The position numbers and the translations under genes were made by a program. Of a DNA stretch of 64,000 bases, positions 41,412 to 52,710 are shown piece after piece. The stretch lies in the NCBI GenBank assembly GCA_051546255.1, contig CP128819.1, forward strand, positions 310,001 through 374,000, written 5' to 3'. Source of the DNA: Meyerozyma guilliermondii (Eukaryota). The notes beneath the pieces are model-generated. The model worked only from the letters and a program-made list of their open reading frames with translations, did not search any database and was not told the DNA's origin. Every line of letters starts with the position of its first letter. Position 1 is the stretch's first letter.

Positions 41412-42653
41412 ATGGCTGATGGGGACAATGATTCAACTCCATTACTAAAAAATCGGGCCCCAGAAAACCCAATGTATCTACCCCCGAACAAGACCCTCAA
41501 TACGGCACTGAATGGCTCCGGGCAACAGCGAAATAACTTTCGGGTTGCTCAATCACCAAAAATCGGGTTACAACGAACCAGCAGAACATCTCAAAAGCTC
41601 AAACTTCTTCCAGAAGCCCCAGAGAACTTGGAGGAGGATACGGGGGTTGCAGGGGTTTACTCACAAGTCACACGCATCAAAGATACCCCAGCTAGAAAGG
41701 ATGCAGAGTCTCTTGGCAAACTGCACAGGGATCTACTTCCCAGAGTGACTGCTTACTGTACATCAGGAACTTATAAGATGAAAGATTTGCTCAGATGGCT
41801 TAAAGATAGAAAGCGAATTCACAATACAAATCCCAAGCTTTTCGATGAATGTCTTTACACCCCCTTCACGTACAAAGATTGGAGAAGTGATCACAATTAT
41901 CAGGAAGAACAGCATCAACTGATCAGACTCGCTGACGAGGGTGGGGAAATAGACATCGGCCGCAACAGCGATATCTTTATCTTTGAGTATGGTGTGGTCG
42001 TCTTATGGGGATTCAGTAGGAAAGAGGAACTGGCTTTCTTAGAAGATCTAGCAAAATTCGAGAGCGAAAAGTTGTCCTCAGAGGACATTCAAATCGAGGA
42101 GTTCAACTATTATATCACCAAGTCATACCAACCGCGAATTTACAATGACTTCATTACCTTGCGAGATGACTCGAACTATATGCTCAAGCTATCCATCTCG
42201 CATGCACTTTCTCAATCGGTGAAAATATCTCTTTTCGAGGAATTGGTGGACAATACGATTGAGGACACCCAGGATATACCACAGCAGGTGGCACAGACAG
42301 GTAAGGTCGAAATGAACAGGGACGAGATTATGAAATCAATCGGAGAATTATTCATTCTTAGAATCAACATTAATCTTCATGGCTCTGTTCTTGATCTGCC
42401 TGAACTTATGTGGGCGGAACCACACCTAGAGCCAATTTACCAGGCCACAAGAGGATATTTGGAAATTAATCAAAGAGTGGAATTACTTAATCAAAGGTTA
42501 GAAGTCATTTCGGATTTACTACAAATGCTCAAGGAACAATTGGGCCACTCACGTGAAGAAAACTTGGAGTACATTGTCGTTGTCCTAGTTTGTGTGGAGG
42601 TTTTGGTGAGCATCGTTAACATTATAGTTGATATACTCAACTACAAGGCGTGA
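41412..42653 (+). CDS. RMD1: Sporulation protein Rmd1 (DUF155)
   Basis: LPRVTAYCT, FIFEYGVVVLWG, KLSISHALSQSVK, YLEINQRVELLNQR and a C-terminal TM. Confidence 0.95.
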   Translation: MADGDNDSTPLLKNRAPENPMYLPPNKTLNTALNGSGQQRNNFRVAQSPKIGLQRTSRTSQKLKLLPEAPENLEEDTGVAGVYSQVTRIKDTPARKDAESLGKLHRDLLPRVTAYCTSGTYKMKDLLRWLKDRKRIHNTNPKLFDECLYTPFTYKDWRSDHNYQEEQHQLIRLADEGGEIDIGRNSDIFIFEYGVVVLWGFSRKEELAFLEDLAKFESEKLSSEDIQIEEFNYYITKSYQPRIYNDFITLRDDSNYMLKLSISHALSQSVKISLFEELVDNTIEDTQDIPQQVAQTGKVEMNRDEIMKSIGELFILRININLHGSVLDLPELMWAEPHLEPIYQATRGYLEINQRVELLNQRLEVISDLLQMLKEQLGHSREENLEYIVVVLVCVEVLVSIVNIIVDILNYKA

Positions 42654-43343
42654 TAGTTGCCGGCAACTAAAGACCTATGATTACGAAGAAAATTATCTCC
42701 AACGGGCTACTAGCCTCCTTCGTATACGAAATCCTGCATCTAGCTAAAGATCAGCATGTCTCACTGTGTCTCACTAAGTGAAGTAGACATAGGAAAAATT
42801 CATTTAAACTTTCAAGCGAGGATCTAGTAAAGAGATTCCCAGGGCGATTTAGCTCTCATTAATGTATTGATTCATTTATCATTGACTCCGTAGACTCGAT
42901 TCAGTAACCTTGCTTTCTTGCTATCCTCTGTGAAACAAATGATGTCATCGCCAAAAGAAGCAATACGAGAGCCACACGACTATAATTCGCCTCGTGGCAA
43001 ATTTTGCGAGCTCGCTGCAAAATGTGGCCAGTGCTTTGAATTTGCGTGTCCCAGCGCAAGAAAGCAAATAGGCACGCTTTTTCGAACATAGTGGATTTAT
43101 CATTCTAAATTTACTATAAAGCGGTTCGTCTATTGCACGTCACACCATATAAGTCAATCAAAGCAACCTTACATTGCAACCCGTTTAAAGTGCTTGAAAA
43201 CATAAGCGATTTTTGGATCACCCCACTAGCCACTTTTCTTTTGTACGAGGGAGAATAAATTTTGGTGGAGCTCTCACAGTCATATAACGTACGTTCCGGC
43301 TCAAGTGTTGTTCGTCTTACCTTTGTAAGAAGTTCAACTTGCA

Positions 43344-44852
43344 ATGCAGATATTGAACGGGAAAAATAAGCTCTCTAATTTCGGTGATAAAAATGGCAGC
43401 CTAGTACGAACGTCAACCATCAAGCGAGGATTCTCTCCTCACGAAGGTTCAGTTAGCCAGCCAATACGTATGACACTACTTCATGACTTGGATTCCATGG
43501 TTGATGGATGGTCAGATTCCGAGAAAGTATCGGGCAGGCGGTTAGTAAAGTTTACCTTTATTTATACGTCAAGCAATGAGATACAGATAGACTTCGAGGC
43601 TGTTCCAAAAGAAAAATACGTGCCCGGAGAGCCCATTATATCATGCATCTTCTGGGAGGAACGCGGCCAATACATTGTAACATCAGTTGATATCATCTTA
43701 CTTCTCGAGTACATCGTCAAAGATGTTTTTGGCGTTAAGGAGAAAAACAGGATAAGAAGAAATTTGCAGTCGCTCAAACCACAAACTGTCTCACGGACCA
43801 ACCGTCTGATTCAGCGATTTTTTAACTTACTCATGGGAATGGAAAACCCGAGACCTCGGAACATAGAGAAAGATCTAAAAGTTTTCAAATGGGCAGACCT
43901 TTTCACAGCATTAACAAAGGTAATGTCAAAGTATTCCCGCGACTCAAGTGACCCCGTGGATACTATGGAAACTTCGACGACACACCGAACCACCGGTTCT
44001 GCTCCCTCATATCCGATGAAAGACTATCAATTAGACCTAACAAATGTGCCGCAGAGGGAGACTTCTGACACAAGTTCTTCAAGAAATCGTACAAATGTAC
44101 AGATCTCGAGCACTGTGCCCAAGTCGAGTATTAACTTGAATGATATTAATAAGAAGTCAAACCTAAATGACGGTGATGAGCCAGGCCTGTACACAGATAC
44201 GAGCTCTCCATCTGAATCAGATACATTTAATGGTGATGACAAGTCTAAATCAGTGGAGTCACTTCAGGCGTACAATTCTAGTGTTCCATCGTTCACCATG
44301 ACACCATATCACAATTCCTCCACCAGTATAACGTCGAATGCTCAATCGAGTGATAACAGTCGAAGCGATTCTCAAGAGTCCGAAATATCACCTTCGGGCC
44401 AATCTAAGAAGAAGAAAAGAAAGATGAAGGACAAAAAGAACAAAAAGAGAGCTATCAACACATATATCCAAGATCAAAGCAATCGTATACTTGGAACACC
44501 CCCAGCCAAGAATGAAAACACTGCTAATGCAGGTTCTAACGGAAACTACTTCAAATATCCAGCAGCTTCACAGTTGTATATGAATATGAACGGAATCACC
44601 CAGAATGTCAATCCTGATGTTACAAGAAATAACACATATCATCCGAATGCACAATCACGCAACGATATCTCAATTGAAGGAAAGTTTCAACTCCCACCAA
44701 TACTGAATAATCCTTATAAGACATTCGGATCCAATTTTAGAAACATGGATAGTTCAGTGGATGCTGTTCAGAAACGTTCCTTGAACAAAACATTCGCCAA
44801 CATCACAGATGACGAACACAGCCATCTGCACACGAGTAAAGGAAATGCTTGA
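43344..44852 (+). CDS. MedA (Medusa)-like domain protein, putative transcription regulator
   Basis: ISCIFW...VTSVDIILLLE...EKNRIRRNL...PRPRNIEKDLKVFKW, plus a Lys-rich NLS-like stretch. Confidence 0.75.
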   Translation: MQILNGKNKLSNFGDKNGSLVRTSTIKRGFSPHEGSVSQPIRMTLLHDLDSMVDGWSDSEKVSGRRLVKFTFIYTSSNEIQIDFEAVPKEKYVPGEPIISCIFWEERGQYIVTSVDIILLLEYIVKDVFGVKEKNRIRRNLQSLKPQTVSRTNRLIQRFFNLLMGMENPRPRNIEKDLKVFKWADLFTALTKVMSKYSRDSSDPVDTMETSTTHRTTGSAPSYPMKDYQLDLTNVPQRETSDTSSSRNRTNVQISSTVPKSSINLNDINKKSNLNDGDEPGLYTDTSSPSESDTFNGDDKSKSVESLQAYNSSVPSFTMTPYHNSSTSITSNAQSSDNSRSDSQESEISPSGQSKKKKRKMKDKKNKKRAINTYIQDQSNRILGTPPAKNENTANAGSNGNYFKYPAASQLYMNMNGITQNVNPDVTRNNTYHPNAQSRNDISIEGKFQLPPILNNPYKTFGSNFRNMDSSVDAVQKRSLNKTFANITDDEHSHLHTSKGNA

Positions 44853-44947
44853 GAGGTGTGCAGGTGATTCAAGTCTAATGTGTAATATATATTTTAACGA
44901 ATTTATTGACAAGTATGCATCTAAGATACCACGTGCAACATACGTAG

Positions 44948-46111
44948 TCATTGTCTTTTGCGGAAGTCTGGAGTGCTCTCGATTTTGGTTTTACCTTTAT
45001 CAATAGTGACATAGTTCAAGAAATCAGCAGTAGTTTCTTTTGGAGTTATGCTTGACTGAGTAAATTGATCTGGAGCTGCTCGATTGAGAAGATTAGATTG
45101 TGGGACACCGGATTGCAAAAGTAAATCTCTTGGTCCGGTCACTACAACAAAATCTCCAGTGCCTTCGATATACCGGACTGATCTTGAAATAGAGTCCTTG
45201 AGGAAGTTGAAGCCACTTACTGTTATCATCTGTAAGTACAGCATAAAATGAGAAAATGATTCGAATGGATTTATCTTCTTCTTCTCTCCGGCAATCGTCA
45301 AATCATTCAGTTTTAAATTCGAGCGATACTGAAAAACCGAATTTTGTATGTCATGAGGACCATTTACAGTAAGCCCTAAAAGATTGTTTTTGCTAACCAC
45401 AGCTTGCTCTCCGTCCTCCAAGTGGACGTTGTAGATATTTCCTCCTCCAACTAATGCAACCGTCCCTCGTCCACTCAAGAGCGTGTAGCCAGGTCTATAC
45501 CATTTGAACAAACCGGTGTTGGTTGGAAGAGGAAGACCGCTAGCTTTGGCAAACCTCTTAGAGATCTTTCTTGGAATGAGATGGAGTCTCCGGATAAGTG
45601 AGGTCCCAAAGTAAGCATGAATAGCGTTGTTATTGATGATAGCCCAATCCTGAGTACCTTCGAGATTCATTACCGCAAAGGTCTTTTGCGCCAGACGGCC
45701 AAAAAGCTTTTTAGATGTCGAAGATATAAGTAGCGAAAATGGTGATGTGGACACAACTCTCTGGTAGGCACTATTATGATTCCCCATGAAGAAACTTCTT
45801 ATTGGAGCGAAAAGCGAGAGCCGAGAACTGATATTGTCTAATAATGCTCCCTGTACACCGTATATGGACATGATGCTGCCCTTTTTAATATACAAAGGAA
45901 CAGATGGCGTCCCATGGACCGCAAGAACGGATGGAGGCTGCCCGACAGCTTTGAATTGTGGCAGATTGAGTTCGTTAACTTGATCCAATTTTGTAGTAAA
46001 TTCCGTTTCTGAAGCCTTCGAACCAATTGCAAGCGACCCTACGGCCAGTGTGGGTATGATCAGTATATACCTCCTCAGCATGTGCCCATGGCACCGTAAG
46101 GATATATTCAT
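44948..46111 (-). CDS. AIM24: Mitochondrial Aim24
   Basis: PSVPLYIKKGSIMSIYG, YQRVVSTSPFSLLIS, GYTLLSGRGTVALVG and GPRDLLLQS. Start is 46111 or 46081. Confidence 0.85.
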   Translation of the reverse strand: MNISLRCHGHMLRRYILIIPTLAVGSLAIGSKASETEFTTKLDQVNELNLPQFKAVGQPPSVLAVHGTPSVPLYIKKGSIMSIYGVQGALLDNISSRLSLFAPIRSFFMGNHNSAYQRVVSTSPFSLLISSTSKKLFGRLAQKTFAVMNLEGTQDWAIINNNAIHAYFGTSLIRRLHLIPRKISKRFAKASGLPLPTNTGLFKWYRPGYTLLSGRGTVALVGGGNIYNVHLEDGEQAVVSKNNLLGLTVNGPHDIQNSVFQYRSNLKLNDLTIAGEKKKINPFESFSHFMLYLQMITVSGFNFLKDSISRSVRYIEGTGDFVVVTGPRDLLLQSGVPQSNLLNRAAPDQFTQSSITPKETTADFLNYVTIDKGKTKIESTPDFRKRQ

Positions 46112-46411
46112 GCTAAGCGCCAGTCTCAATTTTCAACTTTCAGTGGACTGTTTGCGAGCGCGGCTTCTGGTGCAACTCTATTGGTGAGGTAAAATATTTG
46201 TTTCACGCCAATAGTCATAGACCCGTGCTACCGAGTTTGGTCCTATTGATACAAGTTACAAATAAGTAATTTTTATTGAATGCACAAAATTGTTTTGCGA
46301 GGAGATAGATAAAATGATAATGAAAGCAAATGGGTACGGCAAGCAGAAGTAAATGAATCTCGCGATTCTTAGTATTGAACGCAAGAAGCATAGCCTACCC
46401 GAGATAGAAGA

Positions 46412-48250
46412 CTAATCCACTTTCGATTTCGACCTAGTGGTGCCGTTCTGAATAAAAGCGAAGAACCGGTCGCCATATTCCAGAGCAGGAACCGCCGAAA
46501 TCGTCAACCTTGGATGCCTCATTGACCGCCAGAAGGTCTCCAACCTTTTGCGAAATGAGTAGTTAGTTAAATAGTCAATGATACCGAGGTAGTAGATCTC
46601 TTGAAGCGGTTCGTTATCTTCATTAGTGGCTCGAATACCACCATCGTGGCCATAGAAGACATACTTAGACCTTCCAGGATATACGTTTGACGGTAAATCA
46701 GCAGTTCTGTCCAAATTGCGAGGATTTGTGTTGATCAACTCGAACTTGTTGGTGGATTTTGGATCAAAAACAGTAAGCTTCTTAGTAGATGCCAATGTGT
46801 TGCCCTTCTTCACATCATGTAAGCCAATGAGAAGAGAATAATCCATCACGTTAATTCTTTTGAGAAGTTCGACGTCAGCTTTCAATTGCGTGAAAAAAGC
46901 CTTTCGCTTCTCTGGCCCAAACTTAATCTTCTCGTGTCTCTCAAGCCAGTTAAGATCCTTGAGTGTTAGTTGCGACAAGTCTCCACTCTTCAAACATTCT
47001 TGAGGAATTCGGGTAATTCTTCCCCATGTTGAGCCCTTGAGATCATACTTCAAGTGAATATTTCTATGGGGAGGGAACAAGTTGTTCATGACGACGAAGT
47101 GAACCTTGCGGTATCCACTACCAAAAGACATTTTGACCCTATGGAGCCCATAAAATTGGGAGATAAGGGTATTGGGGTTCTCCTTTACGTGATTATAATA
47201 CTCACGAAGAACTTTGCGTAATTGCTTATGCTCCGAATGATGAACCGTCTTGATGATAAAGCGATAGTCTCGCGAATAGTAGAAAAAAGAACCACTTTTA
47301 CCTGGCGATCCTAGTTCTGATAGAATATACTTGCCAGTGATGGAAACGAGGTAGTCTGCAGGGTCAATGCCAAACATGGTTCGAAGTTCTCTGAACACGG
47401 CAGGATTATAATCCTTGAACTTGAAATCGTACTTTGAAGATGGAGTTAGCTCGCTTCCATCCATGTTAAACGTAAGCTTCGTAGTTTTTTTGAAATCAGA
47501 TTCATCGAGCTTTTTCATTACGCCAGCATTGCGTGAGACTGCAACACGTATACCTGTCAACATGTTGTACGCCATGACAAAATTTTCGTGTCCCTCGCTG
47601 ATTTTGTTACCTACTAGAACTTCTTCGTCTAATGCAAGTTCTAGGTCTCTTTTCTTCTTTTTTCTTTTGGTCAGAAGTGCATCTCGCATTTTAGCGAGCT
47701 CTGAATGCACAAAATCTGGACGATGTTGCTCTTTTGACTCTTTCGTGAAAGATGGGAAGGTTGCTCGAATCACCGGCCGAGCATGTTTGTTATCAAGCGA
47801 ACGCTTCGGTTGCACCTGAGGACGTTCGTTGTTAGTGTGGGAACTTTTGGGATGTGGAGTGGTATGGCGCCTCAGTATAATCGGCGTAGATTGGGATTTA
47901 ACGGAATGCAAGGGTCTCGACGACGGATGTGAAGGTGAATGGAGCATACCAGGTTCATCAGTAATCGTGAGCGGATCGATATCTTCAGAGAGTCTCGACA
48001 CTTTATTGACCAGTGAGTCGGTATTTCGAGGTTCTTCAAACAGAGAAGGCGAGGTGTCTTTAGAGAGCTCCGAGGCATCGACGTCGGACCTTGAGCCTCG
48101 GCCGGAAACCGGACTCGAAGCCGATGGGTCCGAGTTTTTGGATATTTTTGCCTTCTCTTTCAAATGCGATGTGGACAGCATAACACCATCATGCTTTTCA
48201 TCTAGGAGCAGAGGTTCTGCTACTGGTGCCAAGACTACTGTCTCTGTCAT
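46412..48250 (-). CDS. MSS4: Phosphatidylinositol-4-phosphate 5-kinase
   Basis: FKFKDY, LSELGSPGKSGSFFY, YDLKGS, MDYSLL and YYLGIID. Confidence 0.97.
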   Translation of the reverse strand: MTETVVLAPVAEPLLLDEKHDGVMLSTSHLKEKAKISKNSDPSASSPVSGRGSRSDVDASELSKDTSPSLFEEPRNTDSLVNKVSRLSEDIDPLTITDEPGMLHSPSHPSSRPLHSVKSQSTPIILRRHTTPHPKSSHTNNERPQVQPKRSLDNKHARPVIRATFPSFTKESKEQHRPDFVHSELAKMRDALLTKRKKKKRDLELALDEEVLVGNKISEGHENFVMAYNMLTGIRVAVSRNAGVMKKLDESDFKKTTKLTFNMDGSELTPSSKYDFKFKDYNPAVFRELRTMFGIDPADYLVSITGKYILSELGSPGKSGSFFYYSRDYRFIIKTVHHSEHKQLRKVLREYYNHVKENPNTLISQFYGLHRVKMSFGSGYRKVHFVVMNNLFPPHRNIHLKYDLKGSTWGRITRIPQECLKSGDLSQLTLKDLNWLERHEKIKFGPEKRKAFFTQLKADVELLKRINVMDYSLLIGLHDVKKGNTLASTKKLTVFDPKSTNKFELINTNPRNLDRTADLPSNVYPGRSKYVFYGHDGGIRATNEDNEPLQEIYYLGIIDYLTNYSFRKRLETFWRSMRHPRLTISAVPALEYGDRFFAFIQNGTTRSKSKVD

Positions 48251-49134
48251 CAGAACGCTAAGACGTTAACCGACAGTAGTACGATGTGGAAACGGGTTTA
48301 AGAAAGGGAACTCGTTATCCCAGGCAAAACCAGAAAAGTGTAACTGCAGAAAAATACAGTAAACGCGTCCTTATGAGGATATGCAATATAAAAATCTCGC
48401 GGTTAAGCTTGAAAGATTCGTCTAGGGTCACCTGCCGCATCTTTGTAGAAATTTATTCCAGTCGTGCGCAAACCACATACAACAATACTATGTTTTACAA
48501 AGCTTCTGCAGCCATACAGAGGTAAGGACTTGCCTAGGTTACTCGTCAGAAATTACTTTATTCTCTTTGGTTCCACAATATCTTTTTCCGTGGAATATTG
48601 AAAATTTTTGGTCAATGGCTGTCTCGTATTTGCGTTCTCGTCTCTTACCGTGCATTACCTAATCACATTATATGCTTCTATGCATCGAACTATTTCTCGC
48701 GCCTTGTATTAGAAGTTATGAGCCAATCACATAGTTAGCATTGGAAGCACGATAAGCATTGACAAATTTTGAGAGAGATAGATTTCACAACTAGCCTCCC
48801 ACAACTGGCTCTCCGTGAACTGGAACTATAGACGTCAAATAGAATCTCCGAACTGCGGCCATAAAATTGTTGCAGCCATTTAACCTCATTGTCTAAAGGG
48901 TATTTTGGTTCCATTAAGCACATATTCTCGCTCCACAAGAATGGCGGAATCCATGACCAGCAACTGGAATGCTTCAAACATCTCTTGTCGCGCAAGCTAC
49001 TCTTGTAAGCGAGAGGCTTCATTTTTGGATTTGCTATCCTGCAGACGGCCCGGACACGGTCCGTTTCCGAAGCAGATTATTTAGATAAGTGCCAAGATCG
49101 TGTCAAATTTTTCATTCGTAAACGTGGGGCCCTG

Positions 49135-50058
49135 ATGAATATAGCCAAAGGTCTATTTCGCAAGCTGGTCAACACCGAAGCATTGGTGAAGTCTAAAGGC
49201 TTTGATGTATCAGAGTGTGCTGAAGAATGTTCTGGATGCCCAACGAAATATCCATCATCGGTCAAAATAGAGTACGATGGTGCATTGTGGGATCTGACGA
49301 AGCCTTATGGACTACACTTGGTTGTCACCACGGGAAAAACCGACTGGCCACATGATGCTTGCCTGACTAGTCACACAGTGGCTCACCAAGTCCTGAAGTG
49401 GGCAGACAGTGCCAAATTGACTGGATTGGGATCTGAATCAGATCCTTCAAATACTATCAAGGTTTCTACATCCTCAATATTTCTGCTCAATCATGAAAAG
49501 AGTTCAGACTACGATACCAATAAAATTGCCGATATACTCATTTTACCATTATTTGTGTGGATTAGAGATGTTCATGAATCAAATGCGAAAGAGGTTTTAT
49601 CTAAAGTTATTCCTGACCTCGTTGAGGCACATGTTTCGGGAAGCAAGGACCCATTCAAAAAGGAGTACCCTGAGTTTCCTGAAATCAAAGTCGTTCCTGA
49701 TCCCCTGAAAGCTCATGTCTTTTTATGTTCGCATAGAACTAGAGATAAACGGTGTGGAGTCACTGCGCCTATAATGAAGAAAGAGATGGACATACACTTG
49801 CGCGATTTGGGTCTTTTGAGAGACTTTGGAGAAGAGCGCCCCGGAGGGGTTCATGTCTCATTCATAAACCACGTTGGTGGCCATAAGTATTCGGCAAATG
49901 TAATCATTTATTTGAAAGAGTCGGGAAAGAATATCTGGCTCGCACGCTGTACCCCTCCTAATGCAGTTCCCATTATCGATGAATGCATTGTCAACGATGG
50001 AAAGGTATGGCCTGATAAGGTCCGCATTTTGCAGAAATTCAAGCCAGTCGACTGGTAA
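49135..50058 (+). CDS. APD1: Thioredoxin-like ferredoxin Apd1
   Basis: FLCSHRTRDKRCG and HVGGHKY (2Cys-2His Fe-S motif). Confidence 0.92.
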   Translation: MNIAKGLFRKLVNTEALVKSKGFDVSECAEECSGCPTKYPSSVKIEYDGALWDLTKPYGLHLVVTTGKTDWPHDACLTSHTVAHQVLKWADSAKLTGLGSESDPSNTIKVSTSSIFLLNHEKSSDYDTNKIADILILPLFVWIRDVHESNAKEVLSKVIPDLVEAHVSGSKDPFKKEYPEFPEIKVVPDPLKAHVFLCSHRTRDKRCGVTAPIMKKEMDIHLRDLGLLRDFGEERPGGVHVSFINHVGGHKYSANVIIYLKESGKNIWLARCTPPNAVPIIDECIVNDGKVWPDKVRILQKFKPVDW

Positions 50059-50125
50059 GATTTGCCCCCGTGCATTAAAGTTTAGATAGATAATATGCCA
50101 ATAGATTAATATATGAAGTTAATAA

Positions 50126-51220
50126 TCAGCTCAAGAACTCTTGAAGCACGTTTAACATAAGTTTAATACCTTCATTAGAATCGGCAATGGTTTCAAGTCG
50201 TTTAAATTCAGCTTGAAACTGATCGTAGTTTCCATTCATGGCTTGTATGGTCAAATGTCTGTAGTAAGGAAGCATGCGGGTATCCACAGGTCCCACCTGC
50301 GCTGTCAAGGTTCGAATATCACTCAAGATGGACATTCCAGCGGCAACTTTGTCATCCAGAGAATTAAGAGATTTGACTTTTTCTCGAAGTTGAGTGAGAA
50401 TACCGGCTTCATTTGTCAACTTTCCTTCATTCGTTCGCGAGATACCGGTTACTCCATTGATATAGTTATTGATGGAAGATACATCAAAGCGACCAGAATA
50501 CAACTGCGGGGCCTTCAATCCATCTTCATTGACGTATTCGGGATCAAAAAGTAAAATGGCTGGCGCAGAAGTTATAGAAAACTGCTCTTGAATTTTGTCG
50601 GAGTTGATATCGAGATCAATTTCGGCGAACTGAATTACCTGTTTGTCTCTCGCATACCAGGTGGCTAGGTTCTCAAAGTCGGCTCGTACGCGAGTACAGC
50701 TTTTACAATGGGATGAGGTGAACAAAGCAAGTGTTTTGGATGGTGAATGAAGCACCTGAGCCTCGATGTTCTCGTCCGATATACGCATCAACTTGGAAAT
50801 TTCATCGCCCTCTTGTTCGCTTTTGTCGCCCAAGCGAATATTGGACATCTGTTGGATAAAGTTGCTTATCGAGATTTCATCTCGTCCTCCGTTATACTCT
50901 ACTGGATCATTGTCTCCATGAAAGAACAACATAGTTGGGTAGCCTTGAAGAACGTATTTCTTTGACATTTTACGACCATCCTTATCACCATTGACCTTAA
51001 CTATTTGGACGTTAGGTTCATTGTCAAACATGCTAGCAACAGTGTCCAAAACTGGTGAAAGCTTACCGCAGTGGCGGCACCAGTCGGCATAAAACTCCAC
51101 AAATGTGTACTTATTGGAATCGTGAACTACTTCCTTGAATGTCTTATCATTTGCTAGAACCACTGAGCCTCCTAAAACATACAGCACCAAAAGGAAGATC
51201 AAGTACAAGGCTCGGAGCAT
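50126..51220 (-). CDS. ERp38/TigA-type protein disulfide isomerase (a-a'-ERp29c)
   Basis: Signal peptide, WCRHCGKL, a second Trx domain with HCKSC, and a helical ERp29-like C-terminus without HDEL. Confidence 0.85.
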   Translation of the reverse strand: MLRALYLIFLLVLYVLGGSVVLANDKTFKEVVHDSNKYTFVEFYADWCRHCGKLSPVLDTVASMFDNEPNVQIVKVNGDKDGRKMSKKYVLQGYPTMLFFHGDNDPVEYNGGRDEISISNFIQQMSNIRLGDKSEQEGDEISKLMRISDENIEAQVLHSPSKTLALFTSSHCKSCTRVRADFENLATWYARDKQVIQFAEIDLDINSDKIQEQFSITSAPAILLFDPEYVNEDGLKAPQLYSGRFDVSSINNYINGVTGISRTNEGKLTNEAGILTQLREKVKSLNSLDDKVAAGMSILSDIRTLTAQVGPVDTRMLPYYRHLTIQAMNGNYDQFQAEFKRLETIADSNEGIKLMLNVLQEFLS

Positions 51221-51335
51221 TGTCAAGAGCAATTACAGTTGCAGTATCGGCCGGAGCTCGTCTTAGACCGACCGAAAATACTGCATATTATCCCCACGCC
51301 GTTAAGGTGCAGAATATGATTTCGAGAAGTATAGT

Positions 51336-51686
51336 ATGATCCGAACAGCTACACGTTTTGCTCAAAATGCAAAGAGTATAAGAATCTCCAGACGTTACCA
51401 AACTACGTTGACGTTTTTCACAAAGGACACTTGCATGTTATGTACCAACGCAAAACAAATTTTGCACGAAACTTTGCAACAGCCTGAGCTTCAAGACACT
51501 CCAATTAAGTTGAAAACAATAGACATTATGAAGGAAGAGAATGCCGAGTGGTTTGATATCTATTGCTACGACGTGCCCGTTCTTCATGTTGAACGCCCTG
51601 GGCAACAGAAACCCGTCAAGTTCATGCACTATTTTGACAAAAAGAAGTTGATGGAAGAATTTTTGAAGACGGAAAAGCGGATATAG
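51336..51686 (+). CDS. Mitochondrial glutaredoxin-like protein (YDR286C/DUF836-like)
   Basis: Arg-rich presequence, FFTKDTCMLC, WFDIYCYDVPVLH and KFMHYFD. Confidence 0.85.
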   Translation: MIRTATRFAQNAKSIRISRRYQTTLTFFTKDTCMLCTNAKQILHETLQQPELQDTPIKLKTIDIMKEENAEWFDIYCYDVPVLHVERPGQQKPVKFMHYFDKKKLMEEFLKTEKRI

Positions 51687-51841
51687 TCGCAAAAAAACAT
51701 CCGATGTAGGACAATTTGCTCCTTTATACGAGATGATGAGCGATAAGGGGGAGAGCGGCTTACAAACCAACATGCGAAAAAGCGGAGATAAAAATAGTCT
51801 ATATAACGGGCACTATGGTGGCAAAAAAAAAAGTCAGCACA

Positions 51842-52710
51842 ATGTCTCCATCTAGGCAAAAAGTTGCTTTCGTCACAGGAGGATCGTCAGGAATTGGGTA
51901 TGCCACTGCAATTGAGTTTGCCAAGCGTGGTTATAAAGTATACGCAGGAGCTCGCAGAGTCGAGCCGATGAATGAGTTGAAAAAACATGGAATTATTCCT
52001 GTCAAACTTGATGTAACTGTGTCAGAAGATATCGCGGACATCAAGCAGCTCATTGAGCGTGAAAATGATGGAAATCTTGACGTTTGTTCAATAATGCTGG
52101 ACAAGTCTGCAACTCTATGGCAATTGATGTTCCAGACGAGTGGATGAAACAGTGCTTTGAAGTTAACGTCTATGGTCCAATAAGCTTGACCCGTGAGTTG
52201 GCTCCCTTGCTCATCAAAGCGAAGGGAACTGTAGCATTTACCGGCTCAGTGGCAGGTTCAATGCCAATGTTAAAAGGATCTATCTACTCTGCAACTAAGG
52301 CTGCAATTCGCGCATACGCTGGCATTCTCAAAGTTGAATTGAAACCTCTTGGTGTGAAGGTTGTGCACTTTGTCACGGGAGCAGTGGACACTCCCATTGC
52401 GGACAATAGGTCCTCATTGCAAGGATCATTCTATAACGTTCCAGAAATGGTGAAATCTGAAGAAGAGAGACAAAATACCTTCACCAAAATGCCTGTCGAT
52501 GTATATGCAAAGAAGACAGTAGATGACGTTGAAAGTCAGACCTTAGGTGGAAGTCCTGACAGATATCGTGGTAAGTCAGCTTCATGGGCTAGGCTTTTAC
52601 TAGCAGTGCTTCCTTGGAGCATTATTGAATATGTGATGATCACCAACCTCAAATTGAATGCTGCGTTTAAAGCCGTTGAAAAGAAGTACAAGGCGTTGAA
52701 GTATGATTGA
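51842..52710 (+). pseudogene. AYR1 paralog (SDR) split by a 1-nt frameshift near 52083; pseudogene or sequencing error
   Basis: Reads GAC GT TTG TTC AAT where the neighbour has GAC TAC TTG TTC AAC. TGGSSGIG lies in the first frame; NNAG and YSATK lie in the second. Confidence 0.8.
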
